A stretch of DNA of 64,000 nucleotides from contig CAVQGX010000030.1 in the NCBI GenBank assembly GCA_963712115.1, positions 32,001-96,000 on the forward strand, in the 5' to 3' direction. Below, piece after piece: positions 1-10,390 of the stretch (positions within the stretch are counted from its first letter, which is position 1; the number at the start of each line of letters is the position of its first letter). A program made the translations under genes and the position numbers. The notes under the pieces are model-generated. The model had not been told where the DNA came from and did no database searches. It saw nothing but the letters and a program-made list of their open reading frames with translations. This stretch comes from an uncultured delta proteobacterium (lineage in GTDB: Bacteria; Desulfobacterota; Syntrophobacteria; BM002).

Positions 1-1026
1 CTCTACCTCCAAGTCGGCTGTGCCCATGGTGTAATTTCGCTGGTAAATTTCCTTAATTCCTCTGACGTTGTCAGAAATAAGCTGAATGACTTCCTGAAGA
101 TGAGCATACCCTTGCAAGCCGTGGATAGTAAGATTGACGTTGGCAATGTTGTAAACCTGTTCCTGAAAGATGTCGATCATCCTATCTATCATGTCGTTGG
201 CAAGATATTCGCTGGCCTCTGTTATGGCCATTTGTTTGCCGGTAAGACTGTTGACATGGGGTTTAGCGGCTTGGCGGGTCTCAGATACCTTAACCTCACC
301 GGTGTCAGCCCTGACCAGCTTGGCACTAACAACAGCCTGATTGCTGTTGATTCTAATATCACCAATAGTCACCTCATTAGTGGTAGCCTGGGCAGTGCCG
401 ATGAGAAGCATTTCAGCCCCATATTTGTCACCTATTACCGCGGCAACTCTCTCGTCTCCTGCCAACAGTCCCCTGACACCGTCCCGACCCAGGTTGCGGC
501 GGACAACGTCTGCATCCACTAGCTTAAAGCCGCGTTCAAGAAGCACTTTTGACACAGCATCTTCGGCTAACCTGCCACTGTTGAGATCCTGAGACAGAAT
601 CTCTTCGAAAAGTACCATGACCCGAGGTTTTCTGACCTGGCGCATGAGGATGTTGAGGGCTCGAAGGTCGTTTTTCAACTCGCCGCTAGCCACAGTGGCT
701 TGTATGGTGACCCGGTAAAGTCCCTCCTCTGCCTTTTCGTCGAGCACCTCATAGGACTGAACGTACCCCTTTGACTGAGAATAGATTTTGTCTGATAGGA
801 GTTGGTAGTTCTCGACCAGGGTCTCATTCTCAATGAGACTACCTGTGGCCTGCTCCACAGCATTGCGGAGGGCGTCTTCGATAGCTTTGTCCCGGGAAAT
901 GTCAAGGTTGCCCTGAACAATGGCTGCCACTCCCTGGCTCTCTATGGAACTGCTCTGGCTGAGTACATTCTGGGGAAGAAGGCTAAGCAGAAAAACTAAT
1001 AGCACGATCCGATAAGAACAACGCAT
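1..1026 (-). CDS. Exported protein with FlgT N-terminal-like domain (3' end runs off window)
   Basis: Not in ORF track because no stop is reached. Manual translation from ATG 1026: MRCSYRIVLLVFLLSLLPQNVLSQSSSIESQGVAAIVQGNLDISRDKAIEDALRNAVEQATGSLIENETLVENYQLLSDKIYSQSRGYV...; signal peptide plus the A..DALRNAVEQ..G pattern of FlgT_N/LPP20-like proteins; open to position 1. Confidence 0.75.
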   Translation of the reverse strand, partial: MRCSYRIVLLVFLLSLLPQNVLSQSSSIESQGVAAIVQGNLDISRDKAIEDALRNAVEQATGSLIENETLVENYQLLSDKIYSQSKGYVQSYEVLDEKAEEGLYRVTIQATVASGELKNDLRALNILMRQVRKPRVMVLFEEILSQDLNSGRLAEDAVSKVLLERGFKLVDADVVRRNLGRDGVRGLLAGDERVAAVIGDKYGAEMLLIGTAQATTNEVTIGDIRINSNQAVVSAKLVRADTGEVKVSETRQAAKPHVNSLTGKQMAITEASEYLANDMIDRMIDIFQEQVYNIANVNLTIHGLQGYAHLQEVIQLISDNVRGIKEIYQRNYTMGTADLEVE

Positions 1027-1309
1027 GATCTGTATCCAATGTAGTTAAGGTTGCCTCAAACTGGTTTGACCTAAGTAACTGGAAAGGAAGGAATACCTTC
1101 GCGAACGATGAATCAGGGAGAAACGAGCTTATCTAAGGATTCAAAATATTTAGTGAATGATAGCAAATCAATTTCTCAATTGTCAATGACAAAAAATTTC
1201 GAGGCAATGCAGGGGTACACTTTGTTAAAACCACACAAAACCCTGATTTCGATGAATATTTCCTTGCCGCTAATCCCCAGGGAGCAATCTGCTGGAGCAT
1301 GTTTTCGAG

Positions 1310-1339
1310 TTGACACACACCCGCACAGAATTTTAAGAT
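1310..1339 (+). promoter_or_regulatory. Putative sigma70 promoter
   Basis: TTGACA (1310-1315), 18 nt, TAAGAT (1334-1339). Confidence 0.4.
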
Positions 1340-1345
1340 TCGGCG

Positions 1346-1425
1346 AACAAACTCTTCCACCCCGTCGGCGGACGCCGGGGGGAAACTGGTGGGGTAATTC
1401 ACCACCTGGTCCCGGCTTCTTTATC
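1346..1425 (+). ncRNA. Candidate small RNA or structured leader
   Basis: Follows the promoter; C-rich stretch then nested hairpin GCCGGG...TGGTG-GGGTAATT-CACCA...CCCGGC followed by TTCTTT. Confidence 0.3.
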
Positions 1426-1639
1426 GGCTAGCGCAGTAGAAAGGGAGTGGCTAAGGTGCACTCGTTGTTTGACAAATCGTGTTCAAAAAAGGTATATAGC
1501 ACCAGTAGATCAACATATGGAGATGCCAGGGAAAGAGGGCCTGGTCTGGATACCGGGCCTTTTGCCTGTTTTTATGCTAATTTTTGACGTGGGGCTGGGT
1601 AAGGAAAGCCGGCCCAGGGATAGAGCGGAGGAGGATAAC

Positions 1640-2485
1640 ATGAGAAAAACTGTAGCTTTTGCCATAATTGCATTAGTGTCGGCAATTCTCATGGTGCCTG
1701 CCATGGTCTGGGCTCAAGATGAGGTGGTTCAGCAGTTTAATAATGGCAGCATCAACTGGAGCAGTGGCAAGGTTACCGCAGTGGGAATTGGTGCCCCGCC
1801 GGCCCAACCAGCTAATATGGCTCAGGCCAGGGCCATGGCCAGGCGTGCTGCCATCACTGTTGCTCGTCGAAATCTACTGGAGATTACCCAGGGGGTTCAA
1901 GTGGACTCTATGACCTTGGTCAAGGATTTCGTGGTTAAGAGTGACATTGTCCGGACTTCAGTCCAGGGAGTAGTCCGGAATGCCCAAGTGGTGGACACTG
2001 CCTACATGAGTGACGGCTCTGTGGAAGTGACAATTATGATGGACATGGGGGGCGAATTCGCCAGTGTAGTCCTGCCGCCTCCTCCCGTGATGCCTGAGGG
2101 ATTTCCAGGACCCATGGCGCCAACAGGTGCTGAGGTGCCCCCTCAAGTTTTCACTGGGTTGGTGATAGATGCCCGTGGACTGGGTACTCGTCCGGCAATG
2201 GCTCCGAAAATCCTGGATGAAAGCGGCAAGGAAATATATGGATCTGCCATGGTTGATCGAGAGTACGCAGTGCAGCAAGGCATGGTCGGTTATGCCAAGG
2301 ATTTAAGCGCTGCTCAAGGAAACAGCAGGGTTACCGACAGACCAATAGTTGTAAAAGCGTTGCGGACCTCCGGTCCGGCCAAGTGCGATGTGGTAGTGTC
2401 CAACAGCGATGCGGCAAAACTGGAAGCCGCTGGGGAAAACCTGAGCTTTTTGCAGAAATGCCGGGTAATGGTTGTTCTGGACTGA
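1640..2485 (+). CDS. Exported LPP20-family-like protein
   Basis: GGAGGAGG RBS before ATG 1640; signal peptide ending VWA; GSINWSSG, ARRAA..VARRNLLE..QGVQVDS, TGLVIDARG motifs. Confidence 0.7.
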   Translation: MRKTVAFAIIALVSAILMVPAMVWAQDEVVQQFNNGSINWSSGKVTAVGIGAPPAQPANMAQARAMARRAAITVARRNLLEITQGVQVDSMTLVKDFVVKSDIVRTSVQGVVRNAQVVDTAYMSDGSVEVTIMMDMGGEFASVVLPPPPVMPEGFPGPMAPTGAEVPPQVFTGLVIDARGLGTRPAMAPKILDESGKEIYGSAMVDREYAVQQGMVGYAKDLSAAQGNSRVTDRPIVVKALRTSGPAKCDVVVSNSDAAKLEAAGENLSFLQKCRVMVVLD

Positions 2486-2610
2486 GTCTGGAAACAGCCC
2501 GAGGAAATAGATTCCCTGGGGCCTGGCCTTAAGGGGCTGAGCATAGAATTTCTCTAGGGAGGAAACTAGCAGCAACCCGCCATTTAATGGGTTGCAGGGA
2601 GGATATGGAG

Positions 2611-3819
2611 ATGAAGAGCCATACCTATTGGAAATTATGGACACTTGCAGCCCTCCTGGTTTTTTCACTAGCATTGTTTGTCGGTTGCGCTAAGAAAAGA
2701 GCACCCGAAAGCGTGATGGATACTCCCCAACATCACACCAATAACGGCATGAGGTCTTTCGAAAAAGGGGAACTGGATGTGGCCCAGCAAGAGTTCAAAA
2801 TGGCTTTGGAGCTAGAGCCTAAATACGGCCCCGCTCATGTGGGTATGGGATTGGTCTACTCTGCCAGATATGTTCAGGTGCAGGATAAGAAAGAAAAAGA
2901 AAAGCTCCTAGACCAAGCCTTCGACAGCTTGAAAAGTGGCAAAAAATACTCCAAGGAAAAAGAGCAAAAGGTCTTTGCCCGGGTGGGCTACATTAGAGTT
3001 TACACCCTAACCAAGCCGAAAGGGTGGCTTGAAGATGCCAAACAGAACTTCGACTATGCCGTTCTAGAAGACAAGCAAGCCCCAGCACCCTACTACTTCA
3101 TGGGTGAGGCGTATAAACAGTCATATGAGTTCAGTAAAGCAGCTGATATGTATCGTAAGGTTCTCGACCTGGATACAGAATATACAGCAGAGGCCAACCG
3201 AGCTTGGGAATTGGTGCAGAAAATTGAGCGGGCTAAACCGGGTACAACTATGGGTAAACAGATCGCCCTGGTTGAGCACATTACCCGCGCCGACGTGGCC
3301 GCACTCTTTGTGGAGGAACTCAAGCTGGAGGAAGTTTACGAAAAGCTGAACGTCAAAACCTTCGACACTGAATTCAAACCGCCCAAGTCCGGCCTGGAAA
3401 TGGAGACTGAAACTGTGGTGAAGATGGCGCCTGCCACCGACATCGCTGACCATGTTCTTCGCCATGACATTAATACGGTAATCCGCATAGGTGTTCGCGG
3501 TCTGGAGCCTTATCCGAACCATACATTTCAACCTGACAAGCAGATCACCAGAGCCGAATATGCCATGATGATCGAGGACATTCTGGTCAAGGCCACAAGG
3601 GACGAAGGACTGGACACACGCTTCTTTGGAAGTCAGTCTCCCTTTCCTGACTTGCGGAGCGATTTGCCCTACTTCAACTCGGTAATGGTTTGTACTAGTC
3701 GCAATATAATGACTGTGGCCGACAAACGGACCGGCGAGTTTCAGCCCATGGGAACGGTTTCAGGGGCCGATGCCCTGCTAGCAATCAGGGAACTGAAGGA
3801 ACAGCTCAGGGTGTTTTGA
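2611..3819 (+). CDS. Lipoprotein with TPR repeats and C-terminal S-layer homology (SLH) domains
   Basis: Lipobox FVG-C; TPR-like helices; SLH motifs ITRADVA, TFQPDKQITRAEYA, FPDL. Confidence 0.8.
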   Translation: MKSHTYWKLWTLAALLVFSLALFVGCAKKRAPESVMDTPQHHTNNGMRSFEKGELDVAQQEFKMALELEPKYGPAHVGMGLVYSARYVQVQDKKEKEKLLDQAFDSLKSGKKYSKEKEQKVFARVGYIRVYTLTKPKGWLEDAKQNFDYAVLEDKQAPAPYYFMGEAYKQSYEFSKAADMYRKVLDLDTEYTAEANRAWELVQKIERAKPGTTMGKQIALVEHITRADVAALFVEELKLEEVYEKLNVKTFDTEFKPPKSGLEMETETVVKMAPATDIADHVLRHDINTVIRIGVRGLEPYPNHTFQPDKQITRAEYAMMIEDILVKATRDEGLDTRFFGSQSPFPDLRSDLPYFNSVMVCTSRNIMTVADKRTGEFQPMGTVSGADALLAIRELKEQLRVF

Positions 3820-3911
3820 GAACTAGTTTTTGCCACGAAGGGCACAAAGGAATTATCGCATAGCGTATAGCGCCGAGCGTATAAAGGGAGTGAATAACGA
3901 GCGTATTTGGT

Positions 3912-4697
3912 ATGAACTATTCTCGACGGAAGTTGCAGCCAGGCCTGTTCTGGACCGTGCTGCTGTTTGCCTCAATTCTTCTTGGCCTGAGCCCGGCAAG
4001 CTTGGCTCAGGAGTCCTTCGTTTTTCCCTTGGAGGGTGAACGAGCTCGGGTCACCTACGTGCAGGGTGAGGTGCGGCGCCAGGCTTCAGAGGAGGGTCCG
4101 TGGGCAGCTCTCACCCTTGGAGCGTTTGTCGAGGCCGGCGAGCGAATCATGACCATGAAAGGTGGACGGTTAGAACTCCAACTTCCAGACAAAAGCATTA
4201 TCCGGTTTGACGAAGAAAGCGATGTCCGCTTGGCAAAGGCAGAATATAATCCTGCCCAGTCGAAACGGGACGTTCGTTTTTCCCTCGTCCTCGGAAAAAC
4301 TTGGGCGAACATCCAGACCATTTTCGGCAGCAGCAAAGGCGTTCAGGTAGAGACAGAAAATGCAATAGTGGGAGTTCGTGGCACCGTCTTTCGCATGAAT
4401 GTGGACCTTGATAGGTCAGCGATCATCAGAGTTTACCGTGGTAGCGTGGCGGTGAGCAAACCCCACCGGATTCCTGCCCCTGGTGAGCCTGGGAGTGAGA
4501 TACAGCGGGTTCCTGGTCCAACTAGGGTGCCCGGGCCTCACCGGGTGACCGTGGAAGAATGGATTCGTATTGTGGAGGCGATGCAGCAGATTACAGTCAG
4601 TGGTGAAGGGATTCCTTCAAAACCACGAACCTTCACCATGGAGGAAGATTTGAACGACTGGGTGCAGTGGAACTTGGAGCGCGATCTCCAAATCTAA
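3912..4697 (+). CDS. FecR-domain exported protein
   Basis: Signal peptide; GERIMT..GRLELQLPDKSIIRF; ETENAIVGVRGTVF motif. Confidence 0.8.
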   Translation: MNYSRRKLQPGLFWTVLLFASILLGLSPASLAQESFVFPLEGERARVTYVQGEVRRQASEEGPWAALTLGAFVEAGERIMTMKGGRLELQLPDKSIIRFDEESDVRLAKAEYNPAQSKRDVRFSLVLGKTWANIQTIFGSSKGVQVETENAIVGVRGTVFRMNVDLDRSAIIRVYRGSVAVSKPHRIPAPGEPGSEIQRVPGPTRVPGPHRVTVEEWIRIVEAMQQITVSGEGIPSKPRTFTMEEDLNDWVQWNLERDLQI

Positions 4698-5007
4698 CGT
4701 TGCATTAGACACCTGCCTCAACATACCTTTGGGGCCAAGTTCAGGTACTGCCCAGCGCGATATAATTTAGGATGCCAACCCTGTGAAACTTCAGTTGACA
4801 AGGCGGTTGGACAAATTCTGCAAAGTGTAATTTGGAGATGATGATTGACGGGTTCAGTTAACCCGTGTGGCCCGCCTTTTGCATTACCCTTCTGAGCTGT
4901 TGATTTGAACTTCACCCCTCTTGCATGAACAAATGACGGTGGAAGTAAAGGAGCACTATTCGGCCGAGGAGTTTTGCTAACTATAGTTAGGAGACCGGAG
5001 TTGAGCT

Positions 5008-6090
5008 ATGGCCCGTATTGATGCGTTTTTCAAGCTGATGCATGAGCAGAAGGCCTCAGATTTACACCTTGTGGCAGGCCTGCAGCCTGCTCTCAGGATT
5101 CAGGGAGACATGGAGCGGGTTAAGTACAAGGTGCTAGATAACGATGAACTCAAAGGTATGCTTTATGAAATTACGCCGGAGGAGAAGATAAAAACCTTCG
5201 AAGAGACCGGCGATGTGGACTTTGCTTACGAAATACCCGGACTAGCCCGATACCGCTCTAACTTTTTCCAACAGAACTTTGGTATAGGTGCCGTATTTCG
5301 TGAAATTCCAAGTGAAATTTTATCCGTGGAGGAACTAGGTCTTCCCCAGGTGGTTTCTAAGCTGGCCCTGCTGCCAAGGGGATTGGTGCTGGTGACAGGG
5401 CCCACCGGGAGTGGCAAATCCACCACGCTTGCGGCCATAATTGATGAGGCTAATCAAAAACGCAAAGATCACATTATCACCATCGAAGATCCCATAGAGT
5501 TTGTCCACAAGAGCAAAAGCTGCATCGTTAATCAACGAGAAGTGGGCATGCATACAAAATCTTTCTCATCAGCACTGCGAGGCGCCCTGCGCGAGGATCC
5601 TGATGTGATATTGGTGGGTGAGATGCGCGATTTGACAACTATCTCTCTGGCCATTGAGGCTGCGGCAACCGGACATTTGGTATTTGCCACCCTGCATACT
5701 ACCAGTGCAGCAAAGACCGTGGATCGGATGATCGAGGTCTTTCCAGCCGAGCAGCAAGCCCAGATTCGCTCCACCCTCGCAGATGGCATTCGGGCGGTGG
5801 TTGCCCAAAACTTGCTCAAGCGCATCGATATTCCAGGACGTATTGTCTGTCCGGAAATATTGATTGCTACCCATGCCGTAAGAGCTTTAGTCCGTGAGAA
5901 CAAGACCTATCAGATCCCCACGGCGATCCAGACGGGCAAGAAATACGGCATGCAATCCTTGGATGATGCAATTATGTCACAGCTGAAGGCAAACCGGATC
6001 AGCGCGGATGAGGCCTACATGAAGTGTGATGACAAAGAGAAGTTTCGGCCATTTTTACGAAATCCGCCCACTGATTTTACTGAGGTTTAA
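5008..6090 (+). CDS. pilT: Type IV pilus retraction ATPase PilT
   Basis: ASDLHL, Walker A GPTGSGKS, TIEDPIE, LREDPDVILVGEMRD, His box, AVRALVRE (AIRNLIRE-like). Confidence 0.93.
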   Translation: MARIDAFFKLMHEQKASDLHLVAGLQPALRIQGDMERVKYKVLDNDELKGMLYEITPEEKIKTFEETGDVDFAYEIPGLARYRSNFFQQNFGIGAVFREIPSEILSVEELGLPQVVSKLALLPRGLVLVTGPTGSGKSTTLAAIIDEANQKRKDHIITIEDPIEFVHKSKSCIVNQREVGMHTKSFSSALRGALREDPDVILVGEMRDLTTISLAIEAAATGHLVFATLHTTSAAKTVDRMIEVFPAEQQAQIRSTLADGIRAVVAQNLLKRIDIPGRIVCPEILIATHAVRALVRENKTYQIPTAIQTGKKYGMQSLDDAIMSQLKANRISADEAYMKCDDKEKFRPFLRNPPTDFTEV

Positions 6091-6214
6091 ACTTGGCACT
6101 TATTTTAGCTGCTCGTAGCCTAATGGATTTTGGTTTTAGCAAGGGCTAAATGTCCCGGTGAAGCACACTTTGGTGCCGGGGTTTTTCGCTGACTCAAGGG
6201 TAAAGGAAACTAGC

Positions 6215-7393
6215 ATGCGAAAGAGAGAAATAGATCATTTTCTTCGCAAGATGCTGGATTTTCACGAGAATGTTTCTGACCTGGTGGTTACGGTAGATCG
6301 TCCCTTTCAGGTTGAATCTGACGGCGAACTCATGGCCGTTCCCATGGATGTGCCAATTGATAACCTGACTCCCTTTCAGTCTGAGACTTTCGCCCTAAAT
6401 TTGTTAGGCGGTGACAGGCGCAACATAGAAGCCCTGCTTAGCGAGGGATCTTGCGATCTTTCCTACCACCTGGCTGGCAAAGCGCGCTTTCGTGTAAATG
6501 TCTTTTCCCAGCGAGGCTACTTTTCGGTGGTTATGCGTAAACTGGAGACCCGTATCCCCAGCATAGAAGATCTGAAATTGCCACAAATCTTCAAAAACAT
6601 AGCCGCTGAGAGAAACGGTATAGTTTTCGTTACTGGGGCCACCGGCAGTGGCAAGTCAACTTCTCTTGCAGCCATTCTCAACGAAGTGAACGACCTTCGC
6701 CCGGTGCACATCGTAACCTTGGAAGATCCTGTGGAGTTCGTCCATCATCACCGGAAGGCAACTTTCAACCAAAGGGAGATGGGCACCGACTTTGATTCAT
6801 TTTCCACCGGCTTGAGGGCGGCACTGCGCCAAGCTCCAAAGATAATTCTGGTAGGTGAGATGCGCGATCGAGAGACCGTAGAGATCGGCCTCAGTGCCGC
6901 AGAAACAGGCCATCTGGTTCTTACCACCTTGCACACAGTGGATTCCGGCCAAACCATAAACCGTATCCTCGGTATGTTTGATACCGAGGAGGAGAAGCAG
7001 ATAAGAATCAGATTGGCCGACTCTATCCGCTATGTGGTGTGCCAGCGTCTTCTCCCCAAAGAAGGCGGCGGTCGTGTGGCAGCCTTCGAAATAATGGGGA
7101 AGGATATTAGGGTCAAGGAAGTCATCCTCGAAGGTGAAAGCGAGGGGAAAACATTATACGAGATCACCGAGAGTAATCGAGCTTTTGGCTGGTGTACCTT
7201 TGATGACTCCATATTGGAACTTTTCCAAGAGGGACAAGTAAGCCACGATACTGCAATGGCATTTGCTTCCAAAAAAGCCATCATGAGGCGAGGTATCGAC
7301 CGGATCAAGGCCGCTCGCGGTGAAAAGGTGACAGACATCGAAGGCCTTGAAATCGACAGGGGATATGGAAGGCCGGGAAAAAGGAAAAAATAG
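6215..7393 (+). CDS. PilT/PilU-family ATPase (second paralog)
   Basis: GATGSGKS, TLEDPVE, LRQAPKIILVGEMRD, TGHLVLTTLHT; ATG 6215 after AAGGA. Confidence 0.9.
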   Translation: MRKREIDHFLRKMLDFHENVSDLVVTVDRPFQVESDGELMAVPMDVPIDNLTPFQSETFALNLLGGDRRNIEALLSEGSCDLSYHLAGKARFRVNVFSQRGYFSVVMRKLETRIPSIEDLKLPQIFKNIAAERNGIVFVTGATGSGKSTSLAAILNEVNDLRPVHIVTLEDPVEFVHHHRKATFNQREMGTDFDSFSTGLRAALRQAPKIILVGEMRDRETVEIGLSAAETGHLVLTTLHTVDSGQTINRILGMFDTEEEKQIRIRLADSIRYVVCQRLLPKEGGGRVAAFEIMGKDIRVKEVILEGESEGKTLYEITESNRAFGWCTFDDSILELFQEGQVSHDTAMAFASKKAIMRRGIDRIKAARGEKVTDIEGLEIDRGYGRPGKRKK

Positions 7394-7429
7394 TTGCTAA
7401 TATGCAGTAAGGCCGGGGGTTAATATCCA

Positions 7430-8113
7430 GTGAGGATACAATGTAACCATTGCCAGGCTGTTTTTAACGTGTCTGCTGACAAAGTTCCCAAGGGCCAGCA
7501 GTTCAAGGCAACCTGTAGCAAATGTAGGCGCACCATCATAGTGGAACCACAGTCAGCAGCAAAGGGCTCCGTAGTCGGCGTGGATGCATCCCTTTCAGAG
7601 GTTGCGGATGCGCCAACAGCCATTGCGGCAGATCTCGACGTTACCAGCGCTTACGATTCTCCTCTAGAAGTCCTGGAAGAAGGGGCCAGGAGCGCACTTG
7701 TTTGTGTAGACGAGCCAGGACGGCTCAGGGCTGTAAAGGAAGCCCTCGAGGATCTGAATTATTACAGCAGTATGGCCTCTTCAGTCAAAGAGGCTCTCAG
7801 CAAGCTCCGCTACAATCAATATGATTTAGTGATGCTGGATGAGGAATTCTGTGGAGAAAACGCCGAAAACAATACCATTCTCCGTTATCTTCAACCCATG
7901 CCCATGTCCACCCGGAGAAACATATTTCTCATGTTGATCAGTAGCCAGGTCAAGACCCTGGACAACCTTATGGCCTTCGCCAAGAGTGTCAATGCGGTGA
8001 TACATGTTAGTGATATACAGAAAGTTAAACTCGTACTTGAACGAGCTATTGCTGACCACCGACGCTTCTACAAAGTTTACTGGGACCTTACCAAGTCTAT
8101 AGGCATCCACTGA
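7430..8113 (+). CDS. Zinc-ribbon (MJ0042-like) protein with receiver-like C-terminal domain
   Basis: CNHC...CSKC at N-terminus; YDLVMLDE receiver-like segment; follows the pilT pair. Confidence 0.75.
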   Translation: MRIQCNHCQAVFNVSADKVPKGQQFKATCSKCRRTIIVEPQSAAKGSVVGVDASLSEVADAPTAIAADLDVTSAYDSPLEVLEEGARSALVCVDEPGRLRAVKEALEDLNYYSSMASSVKEALSKLRYNQYDLVMLDEEFCGENAENNTILRYLQPMPMSTRRNIFLMLISSQVKTLDNLMAFAKSVNAVIHVSDIQKVKLVLERAIADHRRFYKVYWDLTKSIGIH

Positions 8114-8184
8114 TCCCCCCTACCACCCCAAATCCACCGTCTAATTTAGTTATCAGGACTGAAATCAGCGGCTTATGGAGTATT

Positions 8185-8311
8185 CCTGATCACCAGCAAG
8201 GTATTAGATGCAAGGCGCCGAGGAGCGACGACTGAGGCGTATGGGGCAATACGCCGCAAGGAGGAGCGATCAAAGGCAACGCCGCAGATGATGCCTTGAT
8301 GGTGGATCAGG
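8185..8311. repeat. Palindromic intergenic (MITE/REP-like) element
   Basis: Imperfect terminal inverted repeat CCTGATCACCAGCAAGGTATT...ATGCCTTGATGGTGGATCAGG around GCAAGGCGCCGAGGAGCGACGACTGAGGCGTA..TACGCCGC. Confidence 0.7.
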
Positions 8312-8477
8312 GGCACAGAAGAAGGTTGCATTCCACCGAGTATTGGAGTACAAGGTAAGTCCAGATCAAGTCCATTTCTGCACTACCCCAAAACATTCCT
8401 TCCCATCCGTCAGGTCTACGCTCAACTGTTATGGACCGGCTTCCGGCCTAGGTCGAAGATTAAATGGAGGATGGTTG

Positions 8478-8777
8478 GTGAAGTTATTCAAACGGTGGCA
8501 ACAGAGAAAAGAGATTCGCGAACTACAGCTTCGCATTGACCACTGCCGCACCACTATCGAGGAGGTGCACAGTGCACTTCTGAAAGAGGAAATCCAACCG
8601 GAGATTGCTGAACAGTTCAGGCGGTTGGAGGAGGCATTGGAACAGGTGGACGTAAACCAGTTGGGGAATCGTGATATCGAAAAGATTGAAATGGCAACAA
8701 ACAAGTTGCTTGATGAGTTTCGCAGCCTCTATCGCCAGGGCAAGCTCAGGAACATTTACGAAGGACCGGTGCACTAA
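8478..8777 (+). CDS. Hypothetical coiled-coil protein
   Basis: GGAGG RBS before GTG 8478; helical, charged 99-aa product. Confidence 0.65.
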   Translation: MKLFKRWQQRKEIRELQLRIDHCRTTIEEVHSALLKEEIQPEIAEQFRRLEEALEQVDVNQLGNRDIEKIEMATNKLLDEFRSLYRQGKLRNIYEGPVH

Positions 8778-8821
8778 AAGATTAGTGACAGACTTAATCC
8801 TTCAGGAGAAATAGCCTCTCA

Positions 8822-8891
8822 CAGAGGTCAGAAGTCGGAGATCAGAGATCAGCCTCACGCTTGCCCACTGACCTTTGACTTCTGACCTCTG
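8822..8891. repeat. Heptamer palindrome family A copy, interrupted at its right end by the IS
   Basis: CAGAGGTCAGAAGTCGGAGATCAG...CTGACCTTTGACTTCTGACCTCTG; array resumes as TGACTTCTG at 10408. Confidence 0.85.
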
Positions 8892-8972
8892 GTTAAATGA
8901 AAAACGGACGACCGTGGTGTATAAAGCGAATTATCCGAACCAACCAAAACACACCACAAAGGAGGTCGTCCA

Positions 8973-10025
8973 ATGAAAAAGGTAGCATATCTGGCTATAG
9001 ATGTACATGCCGGTCACTGTGTTCTCGGCCACATGGATTTTGATGGAACTTTTATTGGAAACAGAAGATTTCCCACATCCGAGCGACACATTATCCAGGC
9101 CCTCAAAGCTGTTAAAGCAAAGGAGAAGTATCTGGCACTGGAAGAAAGTAACCTTGCCTATTGGGCTGCCCAGGTGGCCAGACCCTATGTAACCGAAGTC
9201 ATCTCCTCTGATCCCAGGGAGAACGCCTTGATCTACCGCAGTGCCAACAAGAGAGATAAGGTTGATACCCACAAGTTGTGCCGTCTTCTTAGACTGGGGG
9301 AGTTGAACCGGGTTTATCATGCTGAAAATGATGACCGCGCCATATTTAAGTCGGCGGTTCAACACTATATAGATCTTCGCGATCAGCAGGTGGTGTTGAA
9401 GAACAAGATTAAAGCTATGTACCGTCACTGGGGTGTTATTGAGGTAACAGGCCAAGCCGTCTATGGCACCAGCCGTGATGATTATCTGCAAAGGGTGAAG
9501 CATCTTCATATTCGCAATCAACTTCATCGTCTCTATTGTCTAATGGATGAAACCGAGTCCATGCAAAAAAGAGCTCTTAAGGCAATGAAGCAACTCGGGC
9601 GTAAATATCCTGAGATCAAAGAATTCGAAAAGATGCCTGGCATAGGGGAGATTCTTTCCCATATTTTCGATGCCTTCATTCAAACTCCCCACCGCTTTGC
9701 TCATAAGCGTAAACTCTGGCGCTATTGCCGCTTAGGGATCACCGATCGCTCCAGCGACGGTAAACCGCTGGGATTTAAACGGCTGGACAGATCCGGTGTC
9801 TCAGAACTCAAAGCCTTGAGCTATCGAGCATGGCTTGGTGCCATGGGAGGCGATAACGAGGTTAGAAAGTTTTACTCACGCTCCTTGCGGCAGACTCTAA
9901 GCCATGTCCATGCCAGACTCAATACCCAGCGAAAGATCATTGCCGTCATGTACGGCATGTGGAAAAGAGGAGATGCCTATAGGCCTGAACTGTTCCTGGA
10001 TTCGCCACAGATGAACGTTGTCTAA
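8973..10025 (+). CDS. IS110-family DEDD recombinase/transposase
   Basis: LAIDVH, LALEES, KRDKVDT (DEDD RuvC-like); MPGIGEI; C-terminal RSSDG serine loop; GGAGG RBS; intact ORF. Confidence 0.92.
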   Translation: MKKVAYLAIDVHAGHCVLGHMDFDGTFIGNRRFPTSERHIIQALKAVKAKEKYLALEESNLAYWAAQVARPYVTEVISSDPRENALIYRSANKRDKVDTHKLCRLLRLGELNRVYHAENDDRAIFKSAVQHYIDLRDQQVVLKNKIKAMYRHWGVIEVTGQAVYGTSRDDYLQRVKHLHIRNQLHRLYCLMDETESMQKRALKAMKQLGRKYPEIKEFEKMPGIGEILSHIFDAFIQTPHRFAHKRKLWRYCRLGITDRSSDGKPLGFKRLDRSGVSELKALSYRAWLGAMGGDNEVRKFYSRSLRQTLSHVHARLNTQRKIIAVMYGMWKRGDAYRPELFLDSPQMNVV

Positions 10026-10029
10026 AGGA

Positions 10030-10390
10030 GACAGCACCATTAACTGGACTGAAGTGCGCAGACCAGTCCGGCGGATCCGGGTTGCCGGGTGAGTCTCGAT
10101 CAATAGAAGTCTAGCCACCCCCGATGCTTCGGGGCGACAGGCTCGACCTCTGGATAGGCCCCCGGCCTTTATACCCAATGTGACCCTAGTCATTTTCCTC
10201 TCAGGAAAAACAGACTCATATATGTGACTGGAAAGAACACGGCCCGCACTGTCATGTTGATCCGATCACCCGACTGTGTATGCACACTTCATAAGTTAAG
10301 TGATGGTCTGCTCCCACATGGCCAACAAGGCTCACGGTCGTCCTGTGAAGTCAAAAACTCGATTTCACGGTAATGGATAAGTTTTTCTTT
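10030..10390 (+). ncRNA. Putative bridge RNA/seekRNA in IS right end; target-binding loop about 10084-10166
   Basis: Outer stem GCCGGG/CCCGGC and inner stem AGCC..CCCCGA-TGCT-TCGGGG..GGCT enclose AGAAGTC (10105-10111) and GACCTCTG (10145-10152), matching the two flanks of the insertion site. Transcript ends are not determinable. Confidence 0.75.

Noticed and set aside
100-999. Short ORFs at 100, 341, 675 and 802
   Set aside because: Shadows of the real minus-strand gene 1026 to <1, which the track missed because it has no stop in the window.
6094-6110. Sigma54-like TGGCAC before the second PilT
   Set aside because: GG to GC spacing is 11, not 10.
9897-10193. 98-aa minus-strand ORF
   Set aside because: Antisense to the transposase end and structured IS RNA; no RBS or motif.
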